Source: an uncultured delta proteobacterium
GTDB taxonomy: Bacteria; Myxococcota_A; Polyangia; Polyangiales; B10-G4
Direction of reading: 5' to 3'
Length of the DNA: 64,000 nt
NCBI GenBank assembly: GCA_963727445.1
Contig: CAVSGI010000010.1
Location: 480,001-544,000 of the forward strand
The translations under genes and the position numbers were made by a program. The notes under the pieces are model-generated. The model saw only the letters and a program-made list of their open reading frames with translations, did not search any database and was not told the DNA's origin. Shown piece after piece: positions 23,285 through 33,231 of this stretch (the first letter of the stretch is position 1; every line of letters begins with the position of its first letter).

Positions 23285-23372
23285 GCATGCGGCCGCGAGG
23301 CCGCCGAAGGAACTTCGGGTACCCGCATCGGCTATCAACTCCGGCTCTGCTTCTCGTTCCAGCTCGTCGCGC

Positions 23373-24284
23373 TCAGCGCCGCCGGTTCCAATGCGCTGGC
23401 CCCTTTCGCGGACCGAAGCGCGGCGCCCTGATCCCCGCCATCCGGATCAGACGGATGACGCGCCACCGGTGGCCGGCGTAGGGCGCGAGGAGCTCGAGCA
23501 TGCGGGCGTCGTCGGCGCGCGCTTCGCCGGCGAGAGCCCAGGCGACGTAGCTCGGGAGGTGGTAGTCGCCGGTGGGGACGGCGTCCGGGTCGCCGAGGCC
23601 GATGCCGGCGACGAGGCCCGCGGTCCAAGGACCGATGCCCGCGATCGACGACAGGCGCCTCACCGCTTCGCCGGGTTCGAGCTCGGCGAGCGCCGCGATG
23701 CGCTTGGGGCGTGAGGCGACATAGCGCAGGACGTCCGCGCGGCGCTTCTCGATGCCCAGGGGATGGAGGGTGTAGTAGGGCGCGTCGGCGAGAGCCTTCG
23801 GTGGCACGGGGAGCGCGAGCCCGTGAGGGCCGGGCGCCGCTTCGGGGTGCTTTCGCCCGAGGGCGCGGAAGGAGTCGATCGCTTCGGCGGTGGTGACGCG
23901 CTGTTGGATGATGGTGATGAGCAGCACCTCCATCAGAGAAGGCGCGCGGCCGATGCGCAGCCCGCGGAAGCGCGCGGCAAGCTCGGCCACGACGGGATCC
24001 GGGGGTCGAAACGCGTCCGGGTCGTCCGCGGCGCCGAGCATCCGAGGCGCAGCTGCGATTGCCTCCTCGGCGCCGTCGCCCCAGGCCGCGACCTCGATCA
24101 CACCGTCGCCGGCTTCCTCGAAGCGAAGGGTCACTGGCCCCGTGAGGAGGCGCGCCGCCTTCATCACCGCGCCCTTTTCGAAGCGCATCGTCGGATCGGC
24201 GCCGCCGAGCTTCCAGGGGCGCAGGGTGCCTGCCAGATCGAAAGGCGAGCCGAGCGCGACGCGCATGCGCGCGGGCTCGCTCAC
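23373..24284 (-). CDS. DNA-3-methyladenine glycosylase II family (AlkA-like, HhH-GPD)
   Basis: IIQQRVT, LSSIAGIGPWTA HhH, DAVPTGDYHL; GTG start overlaps the upstream TGA. Confidence 0.85.
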   Translation of the reverse strand: MSEPARMRVALGSPFDLAGTLRPWKLGGADPTMRFEKGAVMKAARLLTGPVTLRFEEAGDGVIEVAAWGDGAEEAIAAAPRMLGAADDPDAFRPPDPVVAELAARFRGLRIGRAPSLMEVLLITIIQQRVTTAEAIDSFRALGRKHPEAAPGPHGLALPVPPKALADAPYYTLHPLGIEKRRADVLRYVASRPKRIAALAELEPGEAVRRLSSIAGIGPWTAGLVAGIGLGDPDAVPTGDYHLPSYVAWALAGEARADDARMLELLAPYAGHRWRVIRLIRMAGIRAPRFGPRKGPAHWNRRR

Positions 24285-25441
24285 GTCTGCGCTCGCGGCG
24301 CCGGGGCGCAGGCTTCGACGACCGACGGATCGATCTCGTGGCCGCGGGCGAACATGGCGCGGAGGTCGTCGAGCGGGCTGGTGGAATCGTCGCGGCCGGT
24401 TTCGGACAGAGCGCGGCGGATGAGCTTGCGCTCGCGCCTGTTCACCTTGCCGTCGAGGACCGCGCCGACGGAGAGGACCATCAGCGCCACGGCCTGCTCC
24501 TCGGTGGAGAGGCGCCGGAGCTGGGCCAAGAACTCCCTGGTGTCGTCGAGGGGGGCCTCGGGCGGCTCGCCGACCTGTTTGTGCACCTCCTTCAAGAACC
24601 AGATCAGATTCGGGTGCAGCTCCTGGGTGCGGACGATGTTCGCGGCCACCGCGCGCAGCACGGCCAGCCGCCCCTCGTCGCTGAGCTCGCGATCCTCGAG
24701 CACGATCGAGGCGAAGGCGTTCGCGGCCGAAGGGCCCATCGCGCGGATCCGCGCCTCGCGCATGACCAGGAAGGCCACGACCGCGTTCCAGAGCGCGGTG
24801 ACCGGCACCGCGGTCCACACCAGCGCGGTGCGCAGCGCGGCGCGCCCCGCCGCGCGCCGGATCAACGCCTTCAGGAGGAAGTTGGTGACGCCGACCTTCA
24901 GCTTGTAGAAGATCGCCACGCCGACCAGGAAGAGCTTGTTGCTCTCGCGCAGCGGATCGATGTCGAAGATCGACGTCGCCGGGTTGGGGAGCTCGAGGGC
25001 AGCGCGGGCGAGGGCGGCGGCCACCTCGTCGCGTTCGTCCTCTTCGTCTTCGAAGAGGCTGAGCCCCGCGGCGCGCGACAGGTCGTGTACCGAACGCAGC
25101 GCGTCCCAGTAGAGAAAGCCGATCTCGAAGACGGTGGCGACGCCCGCGATGCCGAAGGCCATCGAATAGAACTGCGCCCGCATGGCGAAGGTGGCGTGAT
25201 CCGGGTCGGGGCCGAGGAGGGGGCTCGCCAGCACCTCGGCGAGGGCGGCGATGAAGCCGGAGGCGGCGCCGATGAGCGCGGCCCGGGTCACGGTCCAGCG
25301 TTGAATGGAGCGGAGCTCGCGTAGCTCCCGCGGGTTCAGGAAGTGGATGTCGTCGTCGGCGACGACGGGCGGGAGCTTCGAGGCGCGGCGCTCGAAGTAG
25401 GCGAGCCCGAAGCGCTCGAGAAACGGCCGCTCTTCGCTCAT
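24281..25441 (-). CDS. Conserved-looking membrane protein of unknown function
   Basis: Strong codon bias; 3-4 hydrophobic segments; C-terminal AVLDGKV...E (TerB-like) motif. Confidence 0.7.
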   Translation of the reverse strand: MSEERPFLERFGLAYFERRASKLPPVVADDDIHFLNPRELRELRSIQRWTVTRAALIGAASGFIAALAEVLASPLLGPDPDHATFAMRAQFYSMAFGIAGVATVFEIGFLYWDALRSVHDLSRAAGLSLFEDEEDERDEVAAALARAALELPNPATSIFDIDPLRESNKLFLVGVAIFYKLKVGVTNFLLKALIRRAAGRAALRTALVWTAVPVTALWNAVVAFLVMREARIRAMGPSAANAFASIVLEDRELSDEGRLAVLRAVAANIVRTQELHPNLIWFLKEVHKQVGEPPEAPLDDTREFLAQLRRLSTEEQAVALMVLSVGAVLDGKVNRRERKLIRRALSETGRDDSTSPLDDLRAMFARGHEIDPSVVEACAPAPRAQT

Positions 25442-25451
25442 CGCCGGGTCG

Positions 25452-25742
25452 TCAGGTCCAATCGACTTCCTGGATGACCTTCGCCAGGGCCACGTCCTGG
25501 TCCGTGACCTTTCCGCCCGCATCGTGGGTGTTCAGCGCGATCTTCACCGTGCTGTAGACGTTGAAGATCTCGGGGTGGTGGTTCGCTTCCTCGGCGTGGA
25601 GCCCGATGCGGACGATGAAGCTGAGCGCCTCCTTGAACGAGCCGAAGTGGAGCTCGCGGTGGAGCTTGTCGCCTTCGAAGCTCCAGCCCGGGAGGCTCTC
25701 GAGTGCTTTGTCGATCTCTTCGCGGCTGAGGGGCTCGGACAT
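25452..25742 (-). CDS. phhB: Pterin-4-alpha-carbinolamine dehydratase
   Basis: AEEANHHPEI, LNTHDAGGKVTDQDVALA. Confidence 0.93.
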   Translation of the reverse strand: MSEPLSREEIDKALESLPGWSFEGDKLHRELHFGSFKEALSFIVRIGLHAEEANHHPEIFNVYSTVKIALNTHDAGGKVTDQDVALAKVIQEVDWT

Positions 25743-25765
25743 GCCGCGAGGATACACGAGACGGA

Positions 25766-25804
25766 AAAGGTGAAGAGCGCCGATGCGAGGGCAACGGCGC
25801 TCTT
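25766..25804 (-). terminator. Candidate intrinsic terminator
   Basis: AAGAGCGCCG...CGGCGCTCTT 10-bp stem followed on the minus strand by CACCTTTT, about 22 bp after the stop at 25827. Confidence 0.5.
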
Positions 25805-25826
25805 TGGGGGAGGGGCAGGGTGCGCG

Positions 25827-26654
25827 TCAGACGCTGTAGGGGAAAGAGATCTCGAAGCGCTCGCGCGCGAAGCGGGGGAAGTGCGCCGTTCGAACGACGC
25901 GTGCCGCGCAGGTGCCCGCGGCGGTGCCGGCGAAGTCGCCGCGGACGCTCACCGAGGTGACGCGGCCGGTCGCGCCGTCGACGACGAGGCGGGTGTCGAC
26001 GACGCCGTCCGCGCCCTCGGTGCACATCCGGATCTCGCCCTCGAGGGAGCGCAGCGTCGTGAGGACCTGGCTGCGCGTGGGCGTTTCAGGGAGGCTCTCG
26101 GTGGGGGTCATCACCGGCTGAGCAGGGGCGCCTCCGAGGGCGCTGTCGAGGAGGTCGTCGATGGAGCGCTCCATCGCCTGGGGAGCGTCCTGTCCACCGG
26201 TGTCCCAACGCTGCGCGGGCGCCGAGGGAGCGGTCGGCGTGGTGGGGGTCGTCTCCGCCGGGGTCGCGCCCGCGGCGGGGCGGGGACGGCGCGCGGGGGC
26301 GCGGCGGGTGGGCGTCACCTCCGCGACAGCGTCGGTGCTCGTCTCAGTGGCGGGGACGACCGAATCGGTCACCGGGACGGCCTCGGTGATTGGAAGAGGG
26401 TCAGCGACCGGAGGCGACGCCGCGGGCGCCGGATTGGTCACGGCGGCCGTGGCGACCGGAGCCGCGGCGCTGTCCATCACCCGATCCGCTGCGAAGGCCA
26501 CCGCCGCGCCGCTCAGGAAGAGCGCGAGCATGACGACCATCGACGGCGGGACGCGCCGCTCGGCGCGAACCCTCGGACCGAGGTCGAAGGGAACACCGAC
26601 GGAGAGGACTTCGTCCGCGATCTCCTCGCGGAGCTTTTGCGTTGAATGGGCCAT
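25827..26654 (-). CDS. Membrane-anchored Pro/Thr-rich protein with C-terminal TonB-C-like (AgmX/PglI-type) domain
   Basis: One TM, low-complexity linker, SIDDLL motif, IRMC...GRVTSV...GTCAARVVR.AHFPRF...ISFPY. Confidence 0.72.
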   Translation of the reverse strand: MAHSTQKLREEIADEVLSVGVPFDLGPRVRAERRVPPSMVVMLALFLSGAAVAFAADRVMDSAAAPVATAAVTNPAPAASPPVADPLPITEAVPVTDSVVPATETSTDAVAEVTPTRRAPARRPRPAAGATPAETTPTTPTAPSAPAQRWDTGGQDAPQAMERSIDDLLDSALGGAPAQPVMTPTESLPETPTRSQVLTTLRSLEGEIRMCTEGADGVVDTRLVVDGATGRVTSVSVRGDFAGTAAGTCAARVVRTAHFPRFARERFEISFPYSV

Positions 26655-26698
26655 ACCCATTCGGACGGGGCATTTCTTGCGGAAGCCTTACGACGCCT

Positions 26699-28283
26699 TC
26701 AGGTCGGTGCCGCCACCGCCAGAGGCGGCCTCCGGGCCGGCGGCAGGTGGTCGCGCAGGTCGGCGAGGAGCTCCTCGCGGAGCTTCTGCCGCTCGGGGTC
26801 GCGCCAGAGGTTCACCATCTGAAGGGGGTCCTCGTTCAGGTCGTAGAGCTCGCCCTCGGTTCCGTCGTACTCGGGAACCTCGGTGCCGTGTCCCCAGATG
26901 GACCAGTAGAAGCGGAAGGCCCCGCCGCGATCGCGCGTTCGCTTTTCGTATGCGGTGCAGATGTAGCCGTCGCGATAGATGGTGCGCAGGTGCATCCCCA
27001 CCGAGCGCGAACTGGCTGTCGAAGGTGGTGATCGATCCGTTCGCGATCCGAGCCGGGCTCCGTGGGCAAGCGGCGCGCCCTGCATCGCGGAGGGGACGGG
27101 CACCCCGGCGATGCGCGCAGAAGGTCGGCGCGAGGTCGACGTGTCCCACGGGTTCTGCGATCCGCGCCGGGGCGATCCCCGCGTTCTTCGCGGGTCGCCA
27201 GATCAGCGGGATCCGCAGGAGCGACTCCACGTGATAGGGCCCCTTGAACATCAGCCCGTAGTCGCCCTGGAGCTCGCCGTGGTCCGAGGTGAAGAAGACG
27301 TCGGTGTCCTCGAGGGCGCCCGCCGACTCGAGGAACGCCATGACGCGGCCCACCGCCTCGTCGATGAGCTCGTTCTCCACGTGGATCATCGCGTTGATCT
27401 CGCGCACCTGATCGTGGGTCATCCGTCCGGGGACGAAGCGCGTCGGCCCTCCCTCGGGGTTGCGGAAGCGGCCCTGGTACCACGCCAGCCAGTGCGCAGG
27501 CCTGTCGCCGAGGATCTGCTCGATGGCCTCGCTGTCGCCCGGGTGACGCTCCGGCAGTGGGAGGTCGCGCCAGTCGACGCGCTTCTTCACCTCGTCGTAG
27601 GGCGGGTCGAAGGGTGATGGGGATCGGGGAAGCTCATCCAGCAGAAGAAGGGGTCCCTTCCGTCGAGGCCGCGAAGCCACGCGATGGTGCGGTCCGCGAC
27701 CCAGTCGGTGTGGTACGTGCGCGCGGTCGATCGGGTTGTTCGCCGACCTCGGGCGCGCCGGTGTCTCCGCCGCCCGCGCCGGTCAGGACGCCGGCGAAGC
27801 CGCGGACGTCCTCGGGGTGCTCGCGCCAGAGCCAGCTCCGCGTAGTGGTGACCGCCCATCGGGCCGTGGGTGGCGAGCTCGATGTGCTCGAAGCCGCGCC
27901 AGGGGCCGGTCGAGCCCTCCGACGCGCAGCGGTTCTCGCGGAAGTGCAGGGACGGATCGAGATGCGGCTCGAAGTGGGCTTTGCCGAACAGCGCGGTGCG
28001 GTAGCCGGCGCGCCGGCGGAGGTGGCTGCGCCACGCTCGGCGCGTCCTCGGGCAGCGGGATGCCGTTGGCGATGACGCCGTGGGTGCGCGGGTGCTGGCC
28101 GGTGAGCATCGTCGAGCGCGAGGGCATGCAGACCACGTTGTGGACGTGGGCGCGGGCGTAGAGCAGGCCCGCCTTCGCCAGCACGTCGACGTGCGGCGTC
28201 CGCGCGACGCGGTTGCCCGTGCAGCCGAGCGAGTCGTAGCGCTGCTGGTCGGTCGTGATGAAGAGGATGTTCCGCCGCTTCAT
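26699..28283 (-). pseudogene. Formylglycine-dependent sulfatase broken by about 9 frameshifts (likely sequencing error rather than real decay)
   Basis: NILFITTDQQR, CMPSR, GKAH, SFPDPHHP, FTSDHG, FKGP and ELYDLNEDP motifs spread over alternating frames. Confidence 0.8.
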
Positions 28284-28489
28284 CGGTCGTCCTCCGCGTC
28301 GTCGCGCAAGCGCCGCGCCCGGCCGAGCGACAGCTCCGCGCGCGCGAAGAGGGCGTCGACCTCGGGTCGGGTGGCCAGGGAGAGGCGCCGGGCGGTGCGC
28401 GAGAGGATGCGCGCGCGAGAGCGCCGGATCACGAAGACACCGCGGAAGGCCCGCGATATCGCCCCGGCGATCGTTCTCTGTGCGTTCAT
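28280..28489 (-). CDS. Small basic hypothetical protein
   Basis: Its TGA overlaps the sulfatase ATG; no recognised domain. Confidence 0.4.
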   Translation of the reverse strand: MNAQRTIAGAISRAFRGVFVIRRSRARILSRTARRLSLATRPEVDALFARAELSLGRARRLRDDAEDDR

Positions 28490-28570
28490 CGTCCGGGCAA
28501 GGTACCGCGCCGCACCGCCTGTCGGGAAATGGGTTCACGAACGGCGCTCGGCTACGTAGAGTGCCGCGCG

Positions 28571-29803
28571 ATGGCCGGTGGTGGCGGCGGTGATGGCAAG
28601 GGCTGGATCGGGCTCCTCCTGGGGGGAGGAGCGCTGGTCGGCGCCGCGATGGGCGCGGAGGCCGCGGGTCTGGAGCTCGGGGCGTGGATGGCCGGCGCTC
28701 TTCTCGGCCTCGGAGGGCTCCTCGTCGTCTTCGGTTCCTGTGAGGCGATGATCAAGAGCGTCGAGGGCGCCGCCGCACGCCTCGACATGAACGAGTTCGT
28801 GGCGGGGACCATGGCAGGGCTCGCGAGCAACGTCCCCGAGCTCGTCATGCTGGGCTTCGTCCTGGCGGCCAAGCCGCGTATCGGCTTCATCGTCACGCTG
28901 CTCACCCTCCACGTGGGCGCCGCGGCTTTCGGGATCTACAGCGCGCTGTTGCCGCGCGACGCCACCGGGCACGCCACCCTGCCGACCCCCCTGGTCAAGC
29001 TCAGCACCGACCTCTACGCGTGTGCTGCCGGCGTCTTCTTCGTGACCGGGAGCGTGATGGTGCTGATGAACGTCTTCGAGGCGGGCGATCATCGCGGAGA
29101 AGCGCTCGGCGCATGGGACCTCTACGTCCTCGGCGCGCTCTTGCTGATGGTGGAGGTCGTCGCCGTCGTCCGCCTGGTGAAGCGCTTCTCGGGCGCGGAG
29201 GAGCTACCCTCCGAGGCGCGTCCCCCGCGCGAGGGAGCGGAGCCCCACGAGCCCTGGGCCACCAAGGACGAGCCTGAGGCGGAGGAAACGAAGCCGCCAC
29301 CGTCATGGGCGATGGTCGGCTTCTACGGCCTGTTGGGCATCGCTACCAGCGTCCTCGGCGGCCACGCCGTCGGAGACTTCGCGGACATCCTCGTCGGCAG
29401 TCTCACTGCCGCCGGCTATCCCGAGATGATCGGCGCGATCATCCTGAGCGTCTTCGCCGCCTCGGGCGCCTTCGTGATGGTCATCAGCGCACACATGAAA
29501 GGGATGTACGACATCGCGCTGGCGAGCGCCTCGGGGCAGGTGAATCAGGTGCCCTTCGTCGTCATGCCGGTCGCCCTCATCCTGCTCGCGGTCTTTGGTC
29601 AGACGGGTGTCATCCCCCAGACGCCGCACGGGGGCGTACTCCCCATCGACCTCGAGACCACGAGCGTGGTGCTCCTCGGCTTCCCTTCCTTCGTGCTGCT
29701 GTGGAAGGCGATCCAGGACGATGGAGCGGTGAACTGGGTCGAATCCGCGACGATGATCGCGATATTCGGCCTGGTCATCTATTTCCTCGCCGTTCACGGA
29801 TGA
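28571..29803 (+). CDS. Ca2+/cation antiporter (CaCA, ChaA-like)
   Basis: Alpha-1-like GLASNVPEL; about 10-11 TM segments in two halves with an acidic central loop. Confidence 0.75.
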   Translation: MAGGGGGDGKGWIGLLLGGGALVGAAMGAEAAGLELGAWMAGALLGLGGLLVVFGSCEAMIKSVEGAAARLDMNEFVAGTMAGLASNVPELVMLGFVLAAKPRIGFIVTLLTLHVGAAAFGIYSALLPRDATGHATLPTPLVKLSTDLYACAAGVFFVTGSVMVLMNVFEAGDHRGEALGAWDLYVLGALLLMVEVVAVVRLVKRFSGAEELPSEARPPREGAEPHEPWATKDEPEAEETKPPPSWAMVGFYGLLGIATSVLGGHAVGDFADILVGSLTAAGYPEMIGAIILSVFAASGAFVMVISAHMKGMYDIALASASGQVNQVPFVVMPVALILLAVFGQTGVIPQTPHGGVLPIDLETTSVVLLGFPSFVLLWKAIQDDGAVNWVESATMIAIFGLVIYFLAVHG

Positions 29804-29835
29804 CGGAATTGCGCGATTCCGGCATCCTTTAGGGG

Positions 29836-31515
29836 ATGCGTCCAGGGTGGTACGGCGCGTTTCTCGTGAGCATCCTCGGATGCAACGGGATGATCTCGGA
29901 CCCTGGGGTGGCGCCCGGCGGGCCGGGTGGACCCGGGCCTGGGCCAGGGGTCGATGGGCTCTGTCCGGAGATCGGTGATCAGCCGCTCCGGCGCCTGTCC
30001 TCCAGACAGTGGGAGAACACCGTTCGCGATCTCTTTCCGGGCACTCTCGGGGCGACGCTGGTGGAGATGAACACCTTCCCCGAGACGGTGATCGACTCGG
30101 GCTTCGACAGCGACGCCCTCGCCAACACGGTGAACACCGCGGAGTCGAACGCCATCGAAGACAACGCCGAGGTCCTGGCCGAGCTCCTCCTTTCGAACGC
30201 GGCCACCTACGTGCCCGAGACCATGCCCTGTGTCGACGCGGGCTACACGGACGCGGACATCGACGCCTGCATCGACACCTTCATCGACGAGCTCGGCTTT
30301 CGGGTGAACCGCCGGCCCCTCACCGCGGGCGAGCACGACGTGGCGCGTGCGCTCTACGACGAGATCCGCTCGCTTCAGGGCGCGGAGGAGGGGTGGTCCA
30401 CCGTGATCCAGCTCTACCTCCAATCGCCGGCGCTCCTGTACCGGACGGAGCGCGGCGCCGGCGCGGCCGAAGGGGCGCCGGATCTGACGATCCTCTCGCA
30501 CTACGAGATGGCCTCGCGCCTGAGCTACTTCTTCTGGAACTCGATGCCGGACGACGTGCTCTTCGATGCGGCGGCGGCGGGCGAGCTCGGGACCCGCGAG
30601 GAGATCGAGGCGCAGGCGCGGCGGCTCCTCGACGATCCGCGCTCGATGGAAGCGGTGGAGCGCTTCCACGTGGAGTGGCTGAAGATCTACACGCTCGACG
30701 AGGTCACCAAGGACACGGCGGCCTATCCCCGGTGGAACGAGGGCGTGAGGGGCGCGCTTCTGGCCGAGCCGATGGCGATCGTGTCGAACGTCCTCGATTC
30801 GGATGATCCGACCTTCCAGTCGATGATGCTCACCAGCGCCTACCCCGTCGCCCCCGAGCTCGGCGAGATCTACGGCGTGAGCGCCGACGGGAGCGTCGCC
30901 GATCTTCCGGACCGTCACGGCCTGCTCACTTCGGCGGCTTTCGCGGCGACGCACGCGCGCGACGCCAGCACCAATCCGATCGAGCGCGGTGCGTTCATGC
31001 GGCGCGAGATCCTCTGCGCCTTTTTGCCGCCGTTCCCCGGCGACCTCGATACCTCCGGTCCCCTCGAGAGCACGGCAGACGCGCCCACCGCGCGCGAGCG
31101 ACTCGCGCCGCTCCTCAGTCGTCCCGACTGCGCGGCGTGCCATCAGGGCTTCAACCCGATCGGCATGGCCCTCGAGCAGTACGATCCGGTCGGTGCCTTC
31201 CGGCTGACGGAGAACGGCGCCACCATCGATCCCTCGGGTGACATCGCCGTCGGCGACGTGAGCGGCACCTTCGCCGGACCCGAGGAGCTGATGGGCATGG
31301 TCGCGAACAGCGCGGCGGCGCGCGACTGCTACGCGACCCATTGGTTCCGCTTCGCTCAGGGGCGGCGTGAGACGTCCGAGGACGAATGCACGCTCACCGG
31401 CCTTCAGGCACGCTTCGAGGAGATGGGCGGAGACATCCGCGAGCTCATGGTCGCCGTCACCCAGACCGAGGCCTTCCTCTTCCGGCCGACCGTCGCTCCC
31501 GGAGGTGCGCCTTGA
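29836..31515 (+). CDS. DUF1592/DUF1588-family (PSD/PSCyt) lipoprotein with one haem c motif
   Basis: Lipobox ILGC; LRRLS..QWENTVRDL; YEMASRLSYFFWNSMPD; TNPIERG; CAACH; YDPVG.FR. Confidence 0.9.
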   Translation: MRPGWYGAFLVSILGCNGMISDPGVAPGGPGGPGPGPGVDGLCPEIGDQPLRRLSSRQWENTVRDLFPGTLGATLVEMNTFPETVIDSGFDSDALANTVNTAESNAIEDNAEVLAELLLSNAATYVPETMPCVDAGYTDADIDACIDTFIDELGFRVNRRPLTAGEHDVARALYDEIRSLQGAEEGWSTVIQLYLQSPALLYRTERGAGAAEGAPDLTILSHYEMASRLSYFFWNSMPDDVLFDAAAAGELGTREEIEAQARRLLDDPRSMEAVERFHVEWLKIYTLDEVTKDTAAYPRWNEGVRGALLAEPMAIVSNVLDSDDPTFQSMMLTSAYPVAPELGEIYGVSADGSVADLPDRHGLLTSAAFAATHARDASTNPIERGAFMRREILCAFLPPFPGDLDTSGPLESTADAPTARERLAPLLSRPDCAACHQGFNPIGMALEQYDPVGAFRLTENGATIDPSGDIAVGDVSGTFAGPEELMGMVANSAAARDCYATHWFRFAQGRRETSEDECTLTGLQARFEEMGGDIRELMVAVTQTEAFLFRPTVAPGGAP

Positions 31516-33044
31516 AGAAGATCAACAGGCGCCACTTCCTGACCGGCGCGGCCGGCGCCACCCTGGCGCTTCCCTTCCTGACGAAGCTCGACGGAAGGCG
31601 AAGGGCCCGCGCCGCCACCGATCCCCTCGCGCCGCGCCGCCTGATCGTCGTGACCTACGCGATGGGCACGGTGAACGAGCGCTTTCAGCCGAGCGCGCCC
31701 GGCGCGGCTTTCACGCTGCCCTACGTCACGGCACCGCTCGAGCCCTTCCGCGATCGTTGCCTCTTCGTCTCCAACTGCGACAACGCCGCGATGCACCTCA
31801 ACAGCCAGCACGCCTTCGGCCATCCGGCGAAGAAGGAGAGCGTGCTCACCGGCACCCTTCTGACCGGCGCCTTCACCGGCGACGGCTCCAACCGCATCGA
31901 GAACGTGATCCCCGATCTCGACGGGAGCGATTCGGGCGGGCCCAACAACGAGTCCGTCGATCACTTCATCCAGACCCAGCGCATGGACGCGACGCACGTC
32001 CGCGGCTCCATCGACCTGGGCGTCGCGGGACGGAGCGAGCGCGAGGCCAACGAGCGTGAGAGCGCGTTCTTCTTCGAGAGCCGCGAAAACCCGCTCACGC
32101 TGCAGCAGAACCCGGCGCGCGCCTTCAATCAGGTCTTCGCGGGGATCGACACCGGTGCGGGAGTGGACCCGGCTGTGCTCGCGCGACGGCAGCGCAAGAA
32201 GAGCGTCCTCGACGCGGTGCGGGGCAGCTTCCTGGAGCTGCGCTCGGGCCTCGGCCCCGAGGATCAGCGGGTCCTCGACGAGCACGCGGCGCGGATTCGG
32301 CAGATCGAGGTGAACATCGAGCGCGTCGCCTGCGCGCCGCCGATGGGCATCCCGGGTGTCGACGGTGGCACCGCTGCCGCCTTCGATCCCTTCCTCGACA
32401 TGCCGATGGCCCAACTGGCGCCCTTCATGAACCAGATCATGGCGTCAGCGATGGGCTGTGGCCTCGCGCCGGTGGGACGCATCGAGTTCACCGAGCAGCA
32501 CAATCCCCTCTTCGGCGTCGCGACCGTGGACGACGAGGTGGCGCGGTGGCGCGCCATCGACAACAGCACGGCCTGGCACAGCATGGTGCACGGCGATCCG
32601 AGCCCGGTCGACGGAGTGCCCACGCGCCCCGGCAGCACCGGCGGTGACTACGCCACGCCGCTCCTCGACGGCTATCGCTTCTTCGTCCAGCAGTTCGCCG
32701 ATCTGTTGGCCGCGCTGGACGCGATCCCCGAGGGCGATCCGGGGATGAGCGTCCTCGACCACTCCCTGGTGGTGCTCTCTAGCGATTTCGGCAACGGCAA
32801 CGGCCACAGCGCGAACAAGATGAACTTCATCCTGGCGGGCAACACCGGGCCGAACGGCCGGCGCGGCTGGCACGTGGACTGCGGCCCGGGATACGGCTTC
32901 TACACCGAGTCCGACTACAACACGAACCAGCTCCTCACGAGCATCATCGCCATGATGTGCGTGACCAATCCGGACGGCAGCCCCATCCAGGAGTTCGGTG
33001 TCCAGGGCTTCACCTCTGGCACCATCTCCGGCCTCTTCGTCTAG
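31512..33044 (+). CDS. DUF1552-family protein with Tat signal
   Basis: TTG start after GGAGG, overlapping the upstream stop; INRRHFLTG; KKSVLD.V; WHSMVH; SVLDHSLV..SSDFGNG..H. Confidence 0.88.
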   Translation: MKKINRRHFLTGAAGATLALPFLTKLDGRRRARAATDPLAPRRLIVVTYAMGTVNERFQPSAPGAAFTLPYVTAPLEPFRDRCLFVSNCDNAAMHLNSQHAFGHPAKKESVLTGTLLTGAFTGDGSNRIENVIPDLDGSDSGGPNNESVDHFIQTQRMDATHVRGSIDLGVAGRSEREANERESAFFFESRENPLTLQQNPARAFNQVFAGIDTGAGVDPAVLARRQRKKSVLDAVRGSFLELRSGLGPEDQRVLDEHAARIRQIEVNIERVACAPPMGIPGVDGGTAAAFDPFLDMPMAQLAPFMNQIMASAMGCGLAPVGRIEFTEQHNPLFGVATVDDEVARWRAIDNSTAWHSMVHGDPSPVDGVPTRPGSTGGDYATPLLDGYRFFVQQFADLLAALDAIPEGDPGMSVLDHSLVVLSSDFGNGNGHSANKMNFILAGNTGPNGRRGWHVDCGPGYGFYTESDYNTNQLLTSIIAMMCVTNPDGSPIQEFGVQGFTSGTISGLFV

Positions 33045-33198
33045 GCCGGCGAGGCGTGCGTGGGGGTCTCGAGATGGGGCTCTGCAGACGTCCAGCGAGT
33101 GGACAGTCCGGGCGCCACCGGGGCCTGTCGACCGGCGTTTTGGGAGCGAGTTGCGCTCTCGAGTCAGCGCCGACACGACTTAATCGCCCTCTTCTGGG

Positions 33199-33214
33199 CG
33201 GCACGAAAAGTGCG
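33199..33214 (+). promoter_or_regulatory. Candidate sigma-54 promoter
   Basis: CGGCACGAAAAGTGCG (GG-N10-GC) just upstream of the 33232 start. Confidence 0.5.
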
Positions 33215-33231
33215 TGAGACGCGTGCGCGAG

